This document shows, piece after piece, positions 27,199 through 35,912 of a DNA stretch of 36,839 nt. Position 1 is the first letter of the stretch, and each line of letters opens with the position of its first letter. The position numbers and the translations under genes were made by a program. Source of the stretch: Promethearchaeota archaeon (GTDB lineage: Archaea > Asgardarchaeota > Lokiarchaeia > Sigyniarchaeales > SOKP01); contig JAUWZT010000001.1 in assembly GCA_030615145.1 (NCBI GenBank), positions 1-36,839 on the forward strand, read 5' to 3'. The notes below the pieces were generated by a model, which worked only from the letters and a program-made list of their open reading frames with translations, searched no databases and was not told the origin of the DNA.

Positions 27199-27216
27199 AA
27201 AATAACTTTTTACCCC

Positions 27217-28158
27217 CTACACACCTAAAGTTTTATGAATAATACTTTCAATAATATTTTCAACTTTTGTACCAGGCTTTGGTTTCATACTTCCTAGTAA
27301 AACGTTACGAGTGATCTCTGAAAGATATTCGTTAGTTGATGTTTTTTCTTTAATTTTTCCTTCTTTTTCTAAAGATCGTCTTCGAGCCAAGAGTTTTGCT
27401 ATCGCAATTCCGGCCCGAATTGACGCTGGTACTTCAATATCTATTTTATTCTTTCTCGTTTCGTTTATTATTGAATAAATTAATTCTAAATCAGACTCTT
27501 CGATAATAAAATGTTCTGGCAAATTTATTCTTATAATCTCGAGCTCAGTCGCTTTATCGGGATATGTTAATTTAATCCAGACCTTAATTCTATCCTTTAA
27601 AGCCTCAGATAATCGATGAGTGCCCGAAAGCTCTTCCGGGTTCATAGCAGAAATAAAGAAGAAATCCTTGCTAGCTTTTATTCGACCCAAGTGCGGAATG
27701 TTAATCGATTCTTCCTCTAAAGGTTCTAATAAAGTGTTTTGTGAGTATTCAGTAGCTCGATTTATTTCATTAGCTAAAAAAGTTCCACCTTCTAACATTG
27801 CGCTCAAAAGTGGGCCGGGATTAAATGCTTCTAATACAAATCCCTTTTTTAGAGTAATAGCAGGATCGAAACTTCCAATAAAATGCGAAGGTTTTATGCT
27901 TTCGTCCATGGTGAGCCAGAAAAAGCTCTTATTTTTTTTTTCTTTAGCTCTTAAACTAGCAAAATATCTACATAAAATAGTTTTCCCCACTCCGGGCGGT
28001 CCAACAAGAGCTGGAAATAATCCTGTTGCCTCGGCATCTCTAAGTAATTCCAGTGCTTTACCATATTGCCCTGATAAAACAATTTCAATTGGTTCTTGAG
28101 ATATATCTTTTATAAGTTGTTGCTGAAATAACTCCTCGAATCTTTCTTTATTAATCAT
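27217..28158 (-). CDS. MoxR-like (AAA_5 / dynein-related) AAA+ ATPase
   Basis: Walker A LVGPPGVGKT. The Walker B region is TFLANEINRA, where the MoxR consensus is hhhhDEINRA. Sensor-1 is FISAMNP, followed by LKDRI. Size is 313 aa. Confidence 0.88.
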   Translation of the reverse strand: MINKERFEELFQQQLIKDISQEPIEIVLSGQYGKALELLRDAEATGLFPALVGPPGVGKTILCRYFASLRAKEKKNKSFFWLTMDESIKPSHFIGSFDPAITLKKGFVLEAFNPGPLLSAMLEGGTFLANEINRATEYSQNTLLEPLEEESINIPHLGRIKASKDFFFISAMNPEELSGTHRLSEALKDRIKVWIKLTYPDKATELEIIRINLPEHFIIEESDLELIYSIINETRKNKIDIEVPASIRAGIAIAKLLARRRSLEKEGKIKEKTSTNEYLSEITRNVLLGSMKPKPGTKVENIIESIIHKTLGV

Positions 28159-28458
28159 TTTATTTTCTCTGATTAAAGACGACTATTCAAAGTCTTTCTT
28201 TTTGTAAATAATAAGTATTTGGTAATTTTTAACTTTGAATGTAATAAGAAAAAAGGATTATAAATAAGTAATAAAATTAAAATAGAAGTCTATTTGTTTT
28301 TAAAAATGAAAGGCAAATATATGATAATCTTAGAAATCCTAAAAGATTTTATAATAACTCATAACAACTTTTATTTAGTTTTAAAATTATAATAAAAATT
28401 AAAGTAATGATATTTTAATTAAAAATTAATCAAAAATTACAATTTTTTGGGAATAACA

Positions 28459-30837
28459 ATGCAAATAGAACATATCTCTCCTCCGGGTTATGAAGATCGA
28501 ATTTTACGATTGAAAAATAGAGTAGTTTTACAGCCACACGAACTCTGCATAGAAAGAGCTAAATTTTTCACGGAATCTTATAAAAGTACAAAGGGCGAGG
28601 TTCCAAACATAAGATTTGCGAAAGCTATGCGCCATCTTTTTACAAATATGACAATAAAAATATGGGACGACGAATTTATTGTTGGAAATCGATGCACTAA
28701 ATTTGTTGGAACACCCTTATATCCTGAAGTACGCGTTGATACAATTGAGCAAGATATTAACCTCTATAACAATCGAGAAACTCAACGGCTATTACTTTCA
28801 GATGACGATAAGCAAATCATAATCGAAGAAATTATACCTTATTGGAAAAACGAAGAAGAGACTACCAAATCAAGATTTGACACTTATTTAAGTCCCGAAT
28901 TAACCGATCTCATGCTAAATCTACTATATATCGTGGATACAAACATAACTAACGGGACGGGGCATTTCTTCCCAGGACATCAAAATGTCATAAAAGTGGG
29001 ATTTAACGGCTTAATTCAAAAAGCAAGAGAAAAGATGAAAGAATTTTCAAAAGATCAAAAGAAAATGAATTTTTTGGAGTCAGTTATTATTGTTTTAGAT
29101 GGTTCTAAAGAATTTATTCAAAGATTCTCAATATTGGCAACTGAATTAGCAGAAAAAGAAAGCAATAGTAATAGAAAAAAAGAACTTTATGAAATTGCTG
29201 AAATTTGTTCTAATATCTCTGGTAACCCACCATCCTCATTTAAAGAAGCCTTTCAATTATTGTATTTCACTCACGTTATTGCTGGTCTCGAAGATGGAGG
29301 CTTTGCTATTAGTATAGGACGCATTGATCAAGTTCTCTATCCTTTTTATTTTGAGGATAAAAAAAAAGGGACTATAACTGATGAAGAAGTACAATTCTTA
29401 ATTGAATGTTTTTACTTGAAGCTTACAACTCTATGGAATTATGTCCTCCATAAAGGAATTATAGCTGCAGAAGGACCGCCACTCACGGCAAATATGACGA
29501 TAGGAGGCGTTGATGAGGATGGAAACGACGCTACTAATCAATTGTCGTATCTATTCTTAGATTCTTATAAAAAGCTAAAAACAGTTCAACCTACTTTTTC
29601 CGTCCGCATTCATAATAAATCTCCAGATGATTTACTTGTAAAAACAGGAGAAGCTATTAAATCTGGAGCGAGTATTGCATTGTTCAACGATGTTGTTATG
29701 ATTCCAGGTCTTAACAAACTTGGTTATACTCTAGAAGATGCGCGTGGATATGCGCCAATAGGGTGTGTAGAACCAACACATACCTACAAGTCATTTGGAT
29801 GTACAAATGCTACTCAATTAAATATTGTGAAGTGTTTAGAGTTAACCTTGAACAATGGGACAGATATGTTTACAAGAAAGCCATATGGCATTGAAAACAC
29901 AAAAAAGATCTCTTCATACCAAGATTTATTGGACGAGTTTTCGAACCAACTTAGCTTTTTTACTAAAAATTTGGTAGAAACAATGTCTTTCCTTGAAAAA
30001 GCTATTGCTGAGCTCAATCCGCAACCCTTTTTATCCGCAACTATAGACGATTGCATTGAGCGGGGGTGTGATATCACAAGTGGAGGCGCTAAATATGATT
30101 TTACTACGACCCAACTGATTGGTTTATCTACGGTTGCCGATTCTCTTGCTGTAATTAAAAAAATGGTCTACGAGGAAAAATTATTCTCATTAGAAGAATT
30201 AATCAAGATATTATCAAAGAATTACCGAGGTACTTACAATGGGAAAAAGGGAGAAGAAATAAGACAAATCTTTATTAATAAAGTCCCTAAATTTGGAAAC
30301 GATAACGATTATGTCGACAATATAGCTCGCGATGTAGCAGATTTGTTCTGTAAGGAAATTCTTAAATATAAGAATTATAGAGGTGGAAAGTATCATCCAG
30401 GGATTTATTCTACAGCTTTTCACTTGGCATTTGGAGTTTTTACAGCAGCCTCCGCTGATGGAAGAAAAGCAAGAGAACCACTCTCAAATGGAGTTGGTCC
30501 AACCAACGGAAGGGATAAAAACGGCCCAACCGCGATACTTAATTCGATAATGAAGCTGGATAATGAGTTAATAACGAATGGAAACTCAGTAATATTAGCT
30601 TTTCATCCAAACACACTAAAGATAGAATTGTTCCTTCCACTCATTAGAACCTATTTTGAAGAAAATGGAGGCTATCACATCCAATTTAACGTGGTTGGAA
30701 AAGAAACTCTATGTGATGCTCAAATAAATCCAAAGGAATATCAAGGTTTAGTTGTACGGATCGCTGGTTATTCCGTATTGTTTACAGAATTATCTAAATC
30801 CGCACAAGACGAGATTATTGGTCGAACGGAGTTTTAA
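28459..30837 (+). CDS. Glycyl radical enzyme, PFL2/glycerol-dehydratase-like (GCxE eliminase class)
   Basis: The glycyl radical motif VVRIAGYSVLF lies near the C-terminus. The thiyl loop is APIGCVEP (Cys-x-Glu). The N-terminus follows the PFL2 pattern CIERAKFFTESYKSTKG...IRFAKA. I prefer ATG 28459 over the track's TTG 28447, which adds only 4 codons. Confidence 0.9.
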   Translation: MQIEHISPPGYEDRILRLKNRVVLQPHELCIERAKFFTESYKSTKGEVPNIRFAKAMRHLFTNMTIKIWDDEFIVGNRCTKFVGTPLYPEVRVDTIEQDINLYNNRETQRLLLSDDDKQIIIEEIIPYWKNEEETTKSRFDTYLSPELTDLMLNLLYIVDTNITNGTGHFFPGHQNVIKVGFNGLIQKAREKMKEFSKDQKKMNFLESVIIVLDGSKEFIQRFSILATELAEKESNSNRKKELYEIAEICSNISGNPPSSFKEAFQLLYFTHVIAGLEDGGFAISIGRIDQVLYPFYFEDKKKGTITDEEVQFLIECFYLKLTTLWNYVLHKGIIAAEGPPLTANMTIGGVDEDGNDATNQLSYLFLDSYKKLKTVQPTFSVRIHNKSPDDLLVKTGEAIKSGASIALFNDVVMIPGLNKLGYTLEDARGYAPIGCVEPTHTYKSFGCTNATQLNIVKCLELTLNNGTDMFTRKPYGIENTKKISSYQDLLDEFSNQLSFFTKNLVETMSFLEKAIAELNPQPFLSATIDDCIERGCDITSGGAKYDFTTTQLIGLSTVADSLAVIKKMVYEEKLFSLEELIKILSKNYRGTYNGKKGEEIRQIFINKVPKFGNDNDYVDNIARDVADLFCKEILKYKNYRGGKYHPGIYSTAFHLAFGVFTAASADGRKAREPLSNGVGPTNGRDKNGPTAILNSIMKLDNELITNGNSVILAFHPNTLKIELFLPLIRTYFEENGGYHIQFNVVGKETLCDAQINPKEYQGLVVRIAGYSVLFTELSKSAQDEIIGRTEF

Positions 30838-30938
30838 TTGCATTCAAATGTAATTTATATGATTTTTTGAAGAAAAATCAAAAAAATTTTTAGTTATTAT
30901 TGTTTTTTTATTGTATCTAAATATATAAAAGTAAAAAT

Positions 30939-31010
30939 GGGCCTGTAGATCAGTCGCAGATCGCTTGCTTCGCATGTAAGAGGGCACGGGTTCAATTCCC
31001 GTCAGGTCCA
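30939..31010 (+). tRNA. tRNA-Ala (anticodon CGC), no intron, no encoded CCA
   Basis: Hand-folded cloverleaf: acceptor GGGCCTG/CAGGTCC with G3:U70 (the Ala identity pair). D stem GATC/GATC. Anticodon stem CTTGC/GTAAG with loop TTCGCAT. Variable region AGGGC. T arm ACGGG-TTCAATT-CCCGT. Discriminator A. Confidence 0.88.
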
Positions 31011-31040
31011 CTATTACATTCAATAACTATCTAAAAAGGT

Positions 31041-33647
31041 ATGTACATGGCGCAAGAGACTGAGTACCCAAAAAGATTTAAATTCAACGATATTCAAAAA
31101 AAGTGGATACAATATTGGCGCGAAGAAAAAATTTACGATTTTGACATCGATCAAAAAGGCACTCTTTTTTCTATTGACACTCCTCCTCCTTTCGTAAGTG
31201 GTTCGTTACATATGGGACACATTTTGAATCATTCGTGGATCGATTTTGTCGCGCGATATCATAAAATGAAGGGAGAAAATGTTTATTTTCCTCAAGGTTT
31301 TGATTGTCATGGCCTTCCAGTAGAATTAGCGGTGGCAAAAAATTATGGCGTTTCTAAGGATGACCGAGAGGAATTCTTAAAAAAATGCGTTGAATGGGTC
31401 GATAACAACATAAAAAATATGACGAAACAGTTGGATGAATTAGGATATTCCACAGATTGGAGATATACTTATCGCACTATGGACGAAGAATATAAACGAA
31501 AAGTCCAAATTTCACTTTTAAATTTTTACGAAAAGGGATTACTTTACAGAGCGAAGTTTCCGACGCATTTCTGCGTTAACTGTGAGACTTCAGTAGCGAA
31601 AGCAGAAGTGGGTTATAAGGAAGAAACAGGAAAGTTATGGTATATAAAATTATCCGTCGTGGGAAGAGAAAACGAGTATGTTACCATAGCTACAACACGA
31701 CCAGAGTATATGGAGGCTTGTGTTGCCGTTCTTATTAATCCAAACGATGATAGATACTACGATCTTTCTGCAGCAGAAGTAAGACTTCCTATTGCTAACC
31801 GAGATGTTCGTATTTATATGAACGAAAATGTTGATATGAATTTTGGAACAGGAGTGGTTTATGTTTGTACTTACGGAGATGAAATGGACATCAAATGGAA
31901 ATTAGAATATAACCTTAACGAAATTCAAATATTTACTGAAAATGGTCGTATGAACGAAAATTCCAAATACGAAGGACTTTCAATTATGGAAGCTCGAAAA
32001 CAAATAGTAAAGGATCTTGAAGAGCTAGGATTAATAGAAAAAATTGATGACTATGAACACAGCATAATAATCCATTCAGAACGCTCGTCATGTCGAACTC
32101 CAATAGAATATCTACCAGTTTATCAGTGGTTTATCAATGTTAAGGACTTTACTCAAGAAATTATAGAATCTGCTGATTTAATGAACTGGTATCCTAAAAA
32201 ACATAAACTCCGGTTATTGGATTGGGCAAATGGCTTAGATTGGAATTGGGTAATCTCCCGGCAACGCGTCTTCGGAACACCGATTCCTTTTTGGTATTGT
32301 GATGAATGCAACGAGATTTTTCCTCCAAAAAAAGAAGATTTACCAATAGATCCAATTAAAATCCCGCCACCATTTGAAAAATGCCCTAAATGTAGTAGCA
32401 CTAATATCATTGGCGAAAAAGATGTTTGCGATTGCTGGATTGATTCTAGCATATCTCCCCTTGCCATGTCCAAATGGTTAGACGATGATGATTTCTTTAA
32501 AAAAGCTTATTTAGAAGCTAAAGTTCATCGACCTCAGGGTTACGAAATAATACGGACATGGTTGTTTTATACGCTATTTCGGTGCAAGATATTAACAGGA
32601 AAAGCCCCTTTTTACGAAACAATGATTAATGGTATGGTTTCAGGTCCAGATGGAAGGCATATGTCAAAAAGCCTTGGAAATTCTATTTCACCGGATGAAG
32701 TTATGCCCCAATTTGGAGCCGACGCAATTAGACAATGGGCAGCGATGGGATCACTAGGAGACGATTATCCTTTTGAATTTACTTGGATAAACATTCATAC
32801 AAAACAGCCAATTTCAACCGAAAACATCGAAAAAGAAAGAAAAAATCTCCCAGAAGACAAATTTAACAAAAAATATCGCAGAAATTTCGAGCAACTAATT
32901 GGAGCATCGCGATTTATCACTAAGATGTGGAACGCATACAGATTTTTGTTCCTTAATTTAAGAAACATCGAGGTTCTAAACTTACAGATCAAAGATAGCG
33001 AATTATCTGAAATTGAAAGTTATTATTTTTTTGAATTTAATAAAGCTTTAAAAGAAGCTACAAAACATTTCGACGGATATAATTGGCACGAAGCTTTTAT
33101 GGTATTACGAGTTTTTTTCTGGAACGAACTGTGTGATAACTACATAGAAGCAATAAAGCATAAATTCTATTCTGAAGATAAAAGTATCGCACAAAACGCA
33201 TTAAAAAATGCATTGAATTTATTTTACAAAATTTTAACCACATTTGCCTTTACATTACCTTTCATTACAGAAGAAATCTACTCAATTCTCTATCAAAATT
33301 ATAAAGAGTTGAAATCGATCCATTTAGAAGCATGGACGCGGCCGTACGATAATGTTTCTGAGGAGTTAGCGAATCGCGGAAAATTAGCAATTGAAATTAT
33401 CAAAATTCTTAGAAATTGCAAATCTAAGCTTCAAATACCTTTAAATCAAGAAGTAGAAAGAATTATTATTTTTACTAATAAAAATGCGATAAACGAGATT
33501 GAAAATGTAAAAGCTGATATTATTAACACAATTAGAATAAAAAACTTTGAAATTATTGAAAGCAAAAAAGAAAAGGATATTAAAGAAAGTCCTGAACTTA
33601 AAGAAGATTACGAGGATTTAAATTTATCCTTATTCTTTTTTAAATAA
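31041..33647 (+). CDS. valS: Valyl-tRNA synthetase (class Ia)
   Basis: FSIDTPPPFVSGSLHMGH (HIGH region) and GRHMSKSLGN (KMSKS). The editing-domain signature is ATTRPEYMEACVAVLINPNDDRY. Zn knuckles are CVNCETS and CDECNE...CPKCSS. The 868-aa length fits archaeal ValRS better than IleRS or LeuRS. Confidence 0.8.
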   Translation: MYMAQETEYPKRFKFNDIQKKWIQYWREEKIYDFDIDQKGTLFSIDTPPPFVSGSLHMGHILNHSWIDFVARYHKMKGENVYFPQGFDCHGLPVELAVAKNYGVSKDDREEFLKKCVEWVDNNIKNMTKQLDELGYSTDWRYTYRTMDEEYKRKVQISLLNFYEKGLLYRAKFPTHFCVNCETSVAKAEVGYKEETGKLWYIKLSVVGRENEYVTIATTRPEYMEACVAVLINPNDDRYYDLSAAEVRLPIANRDVRIYMNENVDMNFGTGVVYVCTYGDEMDIKWKLEYNLNEIQIFTENGRMNENSKYEGLSIMEARKQIVKDLEELGLIEKIDDYEHSIIIHSERSSCRTPIEYLPVYQWFINVKDFTQEIIESADLMNWYPKKHKLRLLDWANGLDWNWVISRQRVFGTPIPFWYCDECNEIFPPKKEDLPIDPIKIPPPFEKCPKCSSTNIIGEKDVCDCWIDSSISPLAMSKWLDDDDFFKKAYLEAKVHRPQGYEIIRTWLFYTLFRCKILTGKAPFYETMINGMVSGPDGRHMSKSLGNSISPDEVMPQFGADAIRQWAAMGSLGDDYPFEFTWINIHTKQPISTENIEKERKNLPEDKFNKKYRRNFEQLIGASRFITKMWNAYRFLFLNLRNIEVLNLQIKDSELSEIESYYFFEFNKALKEATKHFDGYNWHEAFMVLRVFFWNELCDNYIEAIKHKFYSEDKSIAQNALKNALNLFYKILTTFAFTLPFITEEIYSILYQNYKELKSIHLEAWTRPYDNVSEELANRGKLAIEIIKILRNCKSKLQIPLNQEVERIIIFTNKNAINEIENVKADIINTIRIKNFEIIESKKEKDIKESPELKEDYEDLNLSLFFFK

Positions 33648-33673
33648 TTCTTTTACCTACAATCTTTTTAAAA

Positions 33674-34396
33674 ATGACGAAGAAAAATTTAATTATTTTC
33701 GTCCCCGCTTATAACGAAGAAAAAAGCATTTTTAATTTGATTAAGGAAATACCCTCGTTCCCAAATATTAACCAGAAAGTCATTGTTATTAACGATGGCA
33801 GTACAGATAACACTTCAGCTACCGCTAAAAAAGCAGGTGCAATAGTAATATCAAATAAAAAGAACTTAGGTTTGGGTTATTCCTTTAAAATTGGATTAGT
33901 AGAAGCGTTAAAAGAAGACGCAGATATTGTGGTGGTGTTAGACGGCGACGGTCAATATAACCCTAAACACATAAATAAATTGATTTCTCCAATATTACGA
34001 GACGAAGCCGATTTAGTGCAAGGAAACCGATTTTTAACTGGCGATAGATACGAATCATCGTCAATAAGGATATTAGGAAACAAGTTTATTTCGATCTTTT
34101 TGTCAAAGATATTATTAAGACTAGCAGAAGTTTACGACATACAATCCTCTTTTAGGGCGTTTAATGGATCGTTAGCTACTGTTCTTGTGAAAGAAATTGT
34201 TGGTAAGTACAATTACGCTCAAGAAATGTTTATAATAGCAAGCCTACATGGGTACAAAATAAAACAAATTCCGGTCCAATGTTCGAAAAGAAGATATGGT
34301 CAATCAAGGTTAATCAGGAATCCTTTCATCCATTTAATTAAAATTCTCTGGGTTAGCTTCAGAACTTATTTGTTATTAAAATGTTGGAAAAAATAA
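33674..34396 (+). CDS. Family 2 glycosyltransferase (dolichyl-phosphate sugar synthase-like)
   Basis: IIFVPAYNEE, VINDGSTDNT and the DxD motif VVLDGDGQ. Size is 240 aa. Confidence 0.8.
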   Translation: MTKKNLIIFVPAYNEEKSIFNLIKEIPSFPNINQKVIVINDGSTDNTSATAKKAGAIVISNKKNLGLGYSFKIGLVEALKEDADIVVVLDGDGQYNPKHINKLISPILRDEADLVQGNRFLTGDRYESSSIRILGNKFISIFLSKILLRLAEVYDIQSSFRAFNGSLATVLVKEIVGKYNYAQEMFIIASLHGYKIKQIPVQCSKRRYGQSRLIRNPFIHLIKILWVSFRTYLLLKCWKK

Positions 34397-34602
34397 ATCA
34401 TAAGCTATGAAAATTTAGTTCTATTCTAAAGGTATTTTCTTCTTTCAATAAAAAATAGTGATCCTTTTATAAATCCATTATAAATTCATCATGCTAAGTA
34501 ATGTATATTATTATAAAAATTTCTAAAAATATTATTAAGGTGAAAAAAAATATGCCACATGCTGGAGACGCAGTTCCATAAGTTTATTTTAGCAAGAAAA
34601 TA

Positions 34603-34620
34603 TTTTTTCCTTTTTTTTTT
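34603..34620 (+). terminator. T6-CC-T10 tract in convergent intergenic region
   Basis: Read directly from the sequence. It is the strongest oligo-T signal on the plus strand downstream of the GT2 gene, about 200 nt after its stop. An A8 run at 34543-34550 gives T8 on the minus strand, downstream of the DUF885 paralog. Confidence 0.35.
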
Positions 34621-34657
34621 GTTGGTTTAATATCTCAATTTTCGATTTTTCGAAGAT

Positions 34658-35845
34658 TTATAAGTCTGAAGGCAAGGTTTGTTCAGTAATTAATCTACGA
34701 AAATGCTTCGGAGATGGTCGATTGCCAAATTTTTCAGTTATAAGCCGTTCTCCTTGGTAAACTAATATATAGTGGGCCCACAATTCATCCGATATAAATT
34801 TTAGTATTGCTCTAATTCCTTTATCAGGAATCACTTTAAAACTCTTAGCATATCTTATTAACTCATCCTCCGTCCATTTATGAACATACTTATGGTAAGC
34901 TAAATTACTTTGAAATTTCGCAAATCCGCATCTAATTTCGCTCTGTTCAGCTAAAGTCTCTAAATTATCTTCGATTTTAGGATTGGGGTGAAGCTCTTCT
35001 AATAAGATTTTTGCACTTTCAGTAGGATCAAATAAGACATTTTCAGCTGTTACTCCAATTCCTTCTGAAATAACTATCTCGGGACTATAAATTAATAGAA
35101 TAGAGCTTTCAAAATAACCTTTAGAGCGATACAAAAGCTTCTCTCGTGCTGTCCGTTCCGTGTGGTGTCCGGGATATCCCTCATGGCAAGCACTAGATAA
35201 TAAATGAGTCCAGTAATGATATGTACTAATATTGATCTCTATTCTGGAGGCATAATTTCCTCTATACCAACAATACTTTGGCCAGCTTTGATCTTCTACT
35301 TCTAAAATGTCAATCTCTTCGTTATCTGGAAGCAGATTAGGAAAAACTTCTTGCGTTCGTTTTTGTGCAATACGAATTGCTTTCATATACAGCTCTTTTA
35401 AACGACCTGATGGAATAGTCCTTTGTTTAGCATACCTAGCTATCCGGTCAGATAAAGTTCCTTTTCCCTTATACAATTTCTCTGCTTTTGATGATAAATT
35501 ATAAAAAAAGTTATCGTCATAAAATATTGGTTTAAAATCAAATAATTTCTCAACTTGCTCTAAATATGGAATTTTCTCGCCATTTAATGTTCTTAAAGTG
35601 GTTTCAATAGCAGTAAGAGTTTTATCAAGGAAATTATGGCGCTTCTTTTCGAATCCTTGCTTTGGTAATTGAGCAATGAGATCTCTACAATCTTTTAGGA
35701 GTATTATAGGAGAAGATTTTGCATCCATATCCACCATTTTTTTTAATTTAGGGGGACCATAATAATGCTCAACATAGCCATCTATATGCTTGTTAGTCCT
35801 TAATCCTAAGCATAGATATTTTATGGCAAAATCATTTAACTCCAT
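34658..35845 (-). CDS. DUF885-like putative metallohydrolase, paralog 2
   Basis: Motif SSACHEGYPGHHTER. It is collinear with 20880..22088. The start is set at internal Met30 of the track ORF (MELNDFAIKYLCLGL), which aligns with paralog 1's MKLSEYGIRFLHLAL. The track's TTG at 35932 would overlap scpB by 20 nt and add a K/R-rich tail that paralog 1 lacks. Confidence 0.6.
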   Translation of the reverse strand: MELNDFAIKYLCLGLRTNKHIDGYVEHYYGPPKLKKMVDMDAKSSPIILLKDCRDLIAQLPKQGFEKKRHNFLDKTLTAIETTLRTLNGEKIPYLEQVEKLFDFKPIFYDDNFFYNLSSKAEKLYKGKGTLSDRIARYAKQRTIPSGRLKELYMKAIRIAQKRTQEVFPNLLPDNEEIDILEVEDQSWPKYCWYRGNYASRIEINISTYHYWTHLLSSACHEGYPGHHTERTAREKLLYRSKGYFESSILLIYSPEIVISEGIGVTAENVLFDPTESAKILLEELHPNPKIEDNLETLAEQSEIRCGFAKFQSNLAYHKYVHKWTEDELIRYAKSFKVIPDKGIRAILKFISDELWAHYILVYQGERLITEKFGNRPSPKHFRRLITEQTLPSDL

Positions 35846-35912
35846 ATTGAACAAGCCAGTTTTGCTTTTTTCTTTCTGTCTCTCTCTTTTTCTCTTGATT
35901 AGTAGTAAATAG

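Noticed and set aside
28447-28458. TTG start for the glycyl radical enzyme
   Set aside because: An ATG lies 4 codons downstream (28459) and gives the typical MQIEH... N-terminus. The TTG sits in a T-run and is probably just the longest-ORF artefact.
34486-34492. Possible C/D-box sRNA: a perfect C-box ATGATGA on the minus strand in the convergent intergenic region
   Set aside because: No CTGA D-box or terminal stem lies at the expected 45-70 nt spacing downstream on that strand. A single heptamer is expected by chance.
22089-34657. Genomic island integrated at tRNA-Ala, bracketed by the DUF885 paralogs
   Set aside because: There is no integrase, transposase or phage gene. I found no direct repeat of the tRNA 3' half elsewhere; the best hit was a 9-nt chance match near 5585. 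An essential valS gene lies inside the block.
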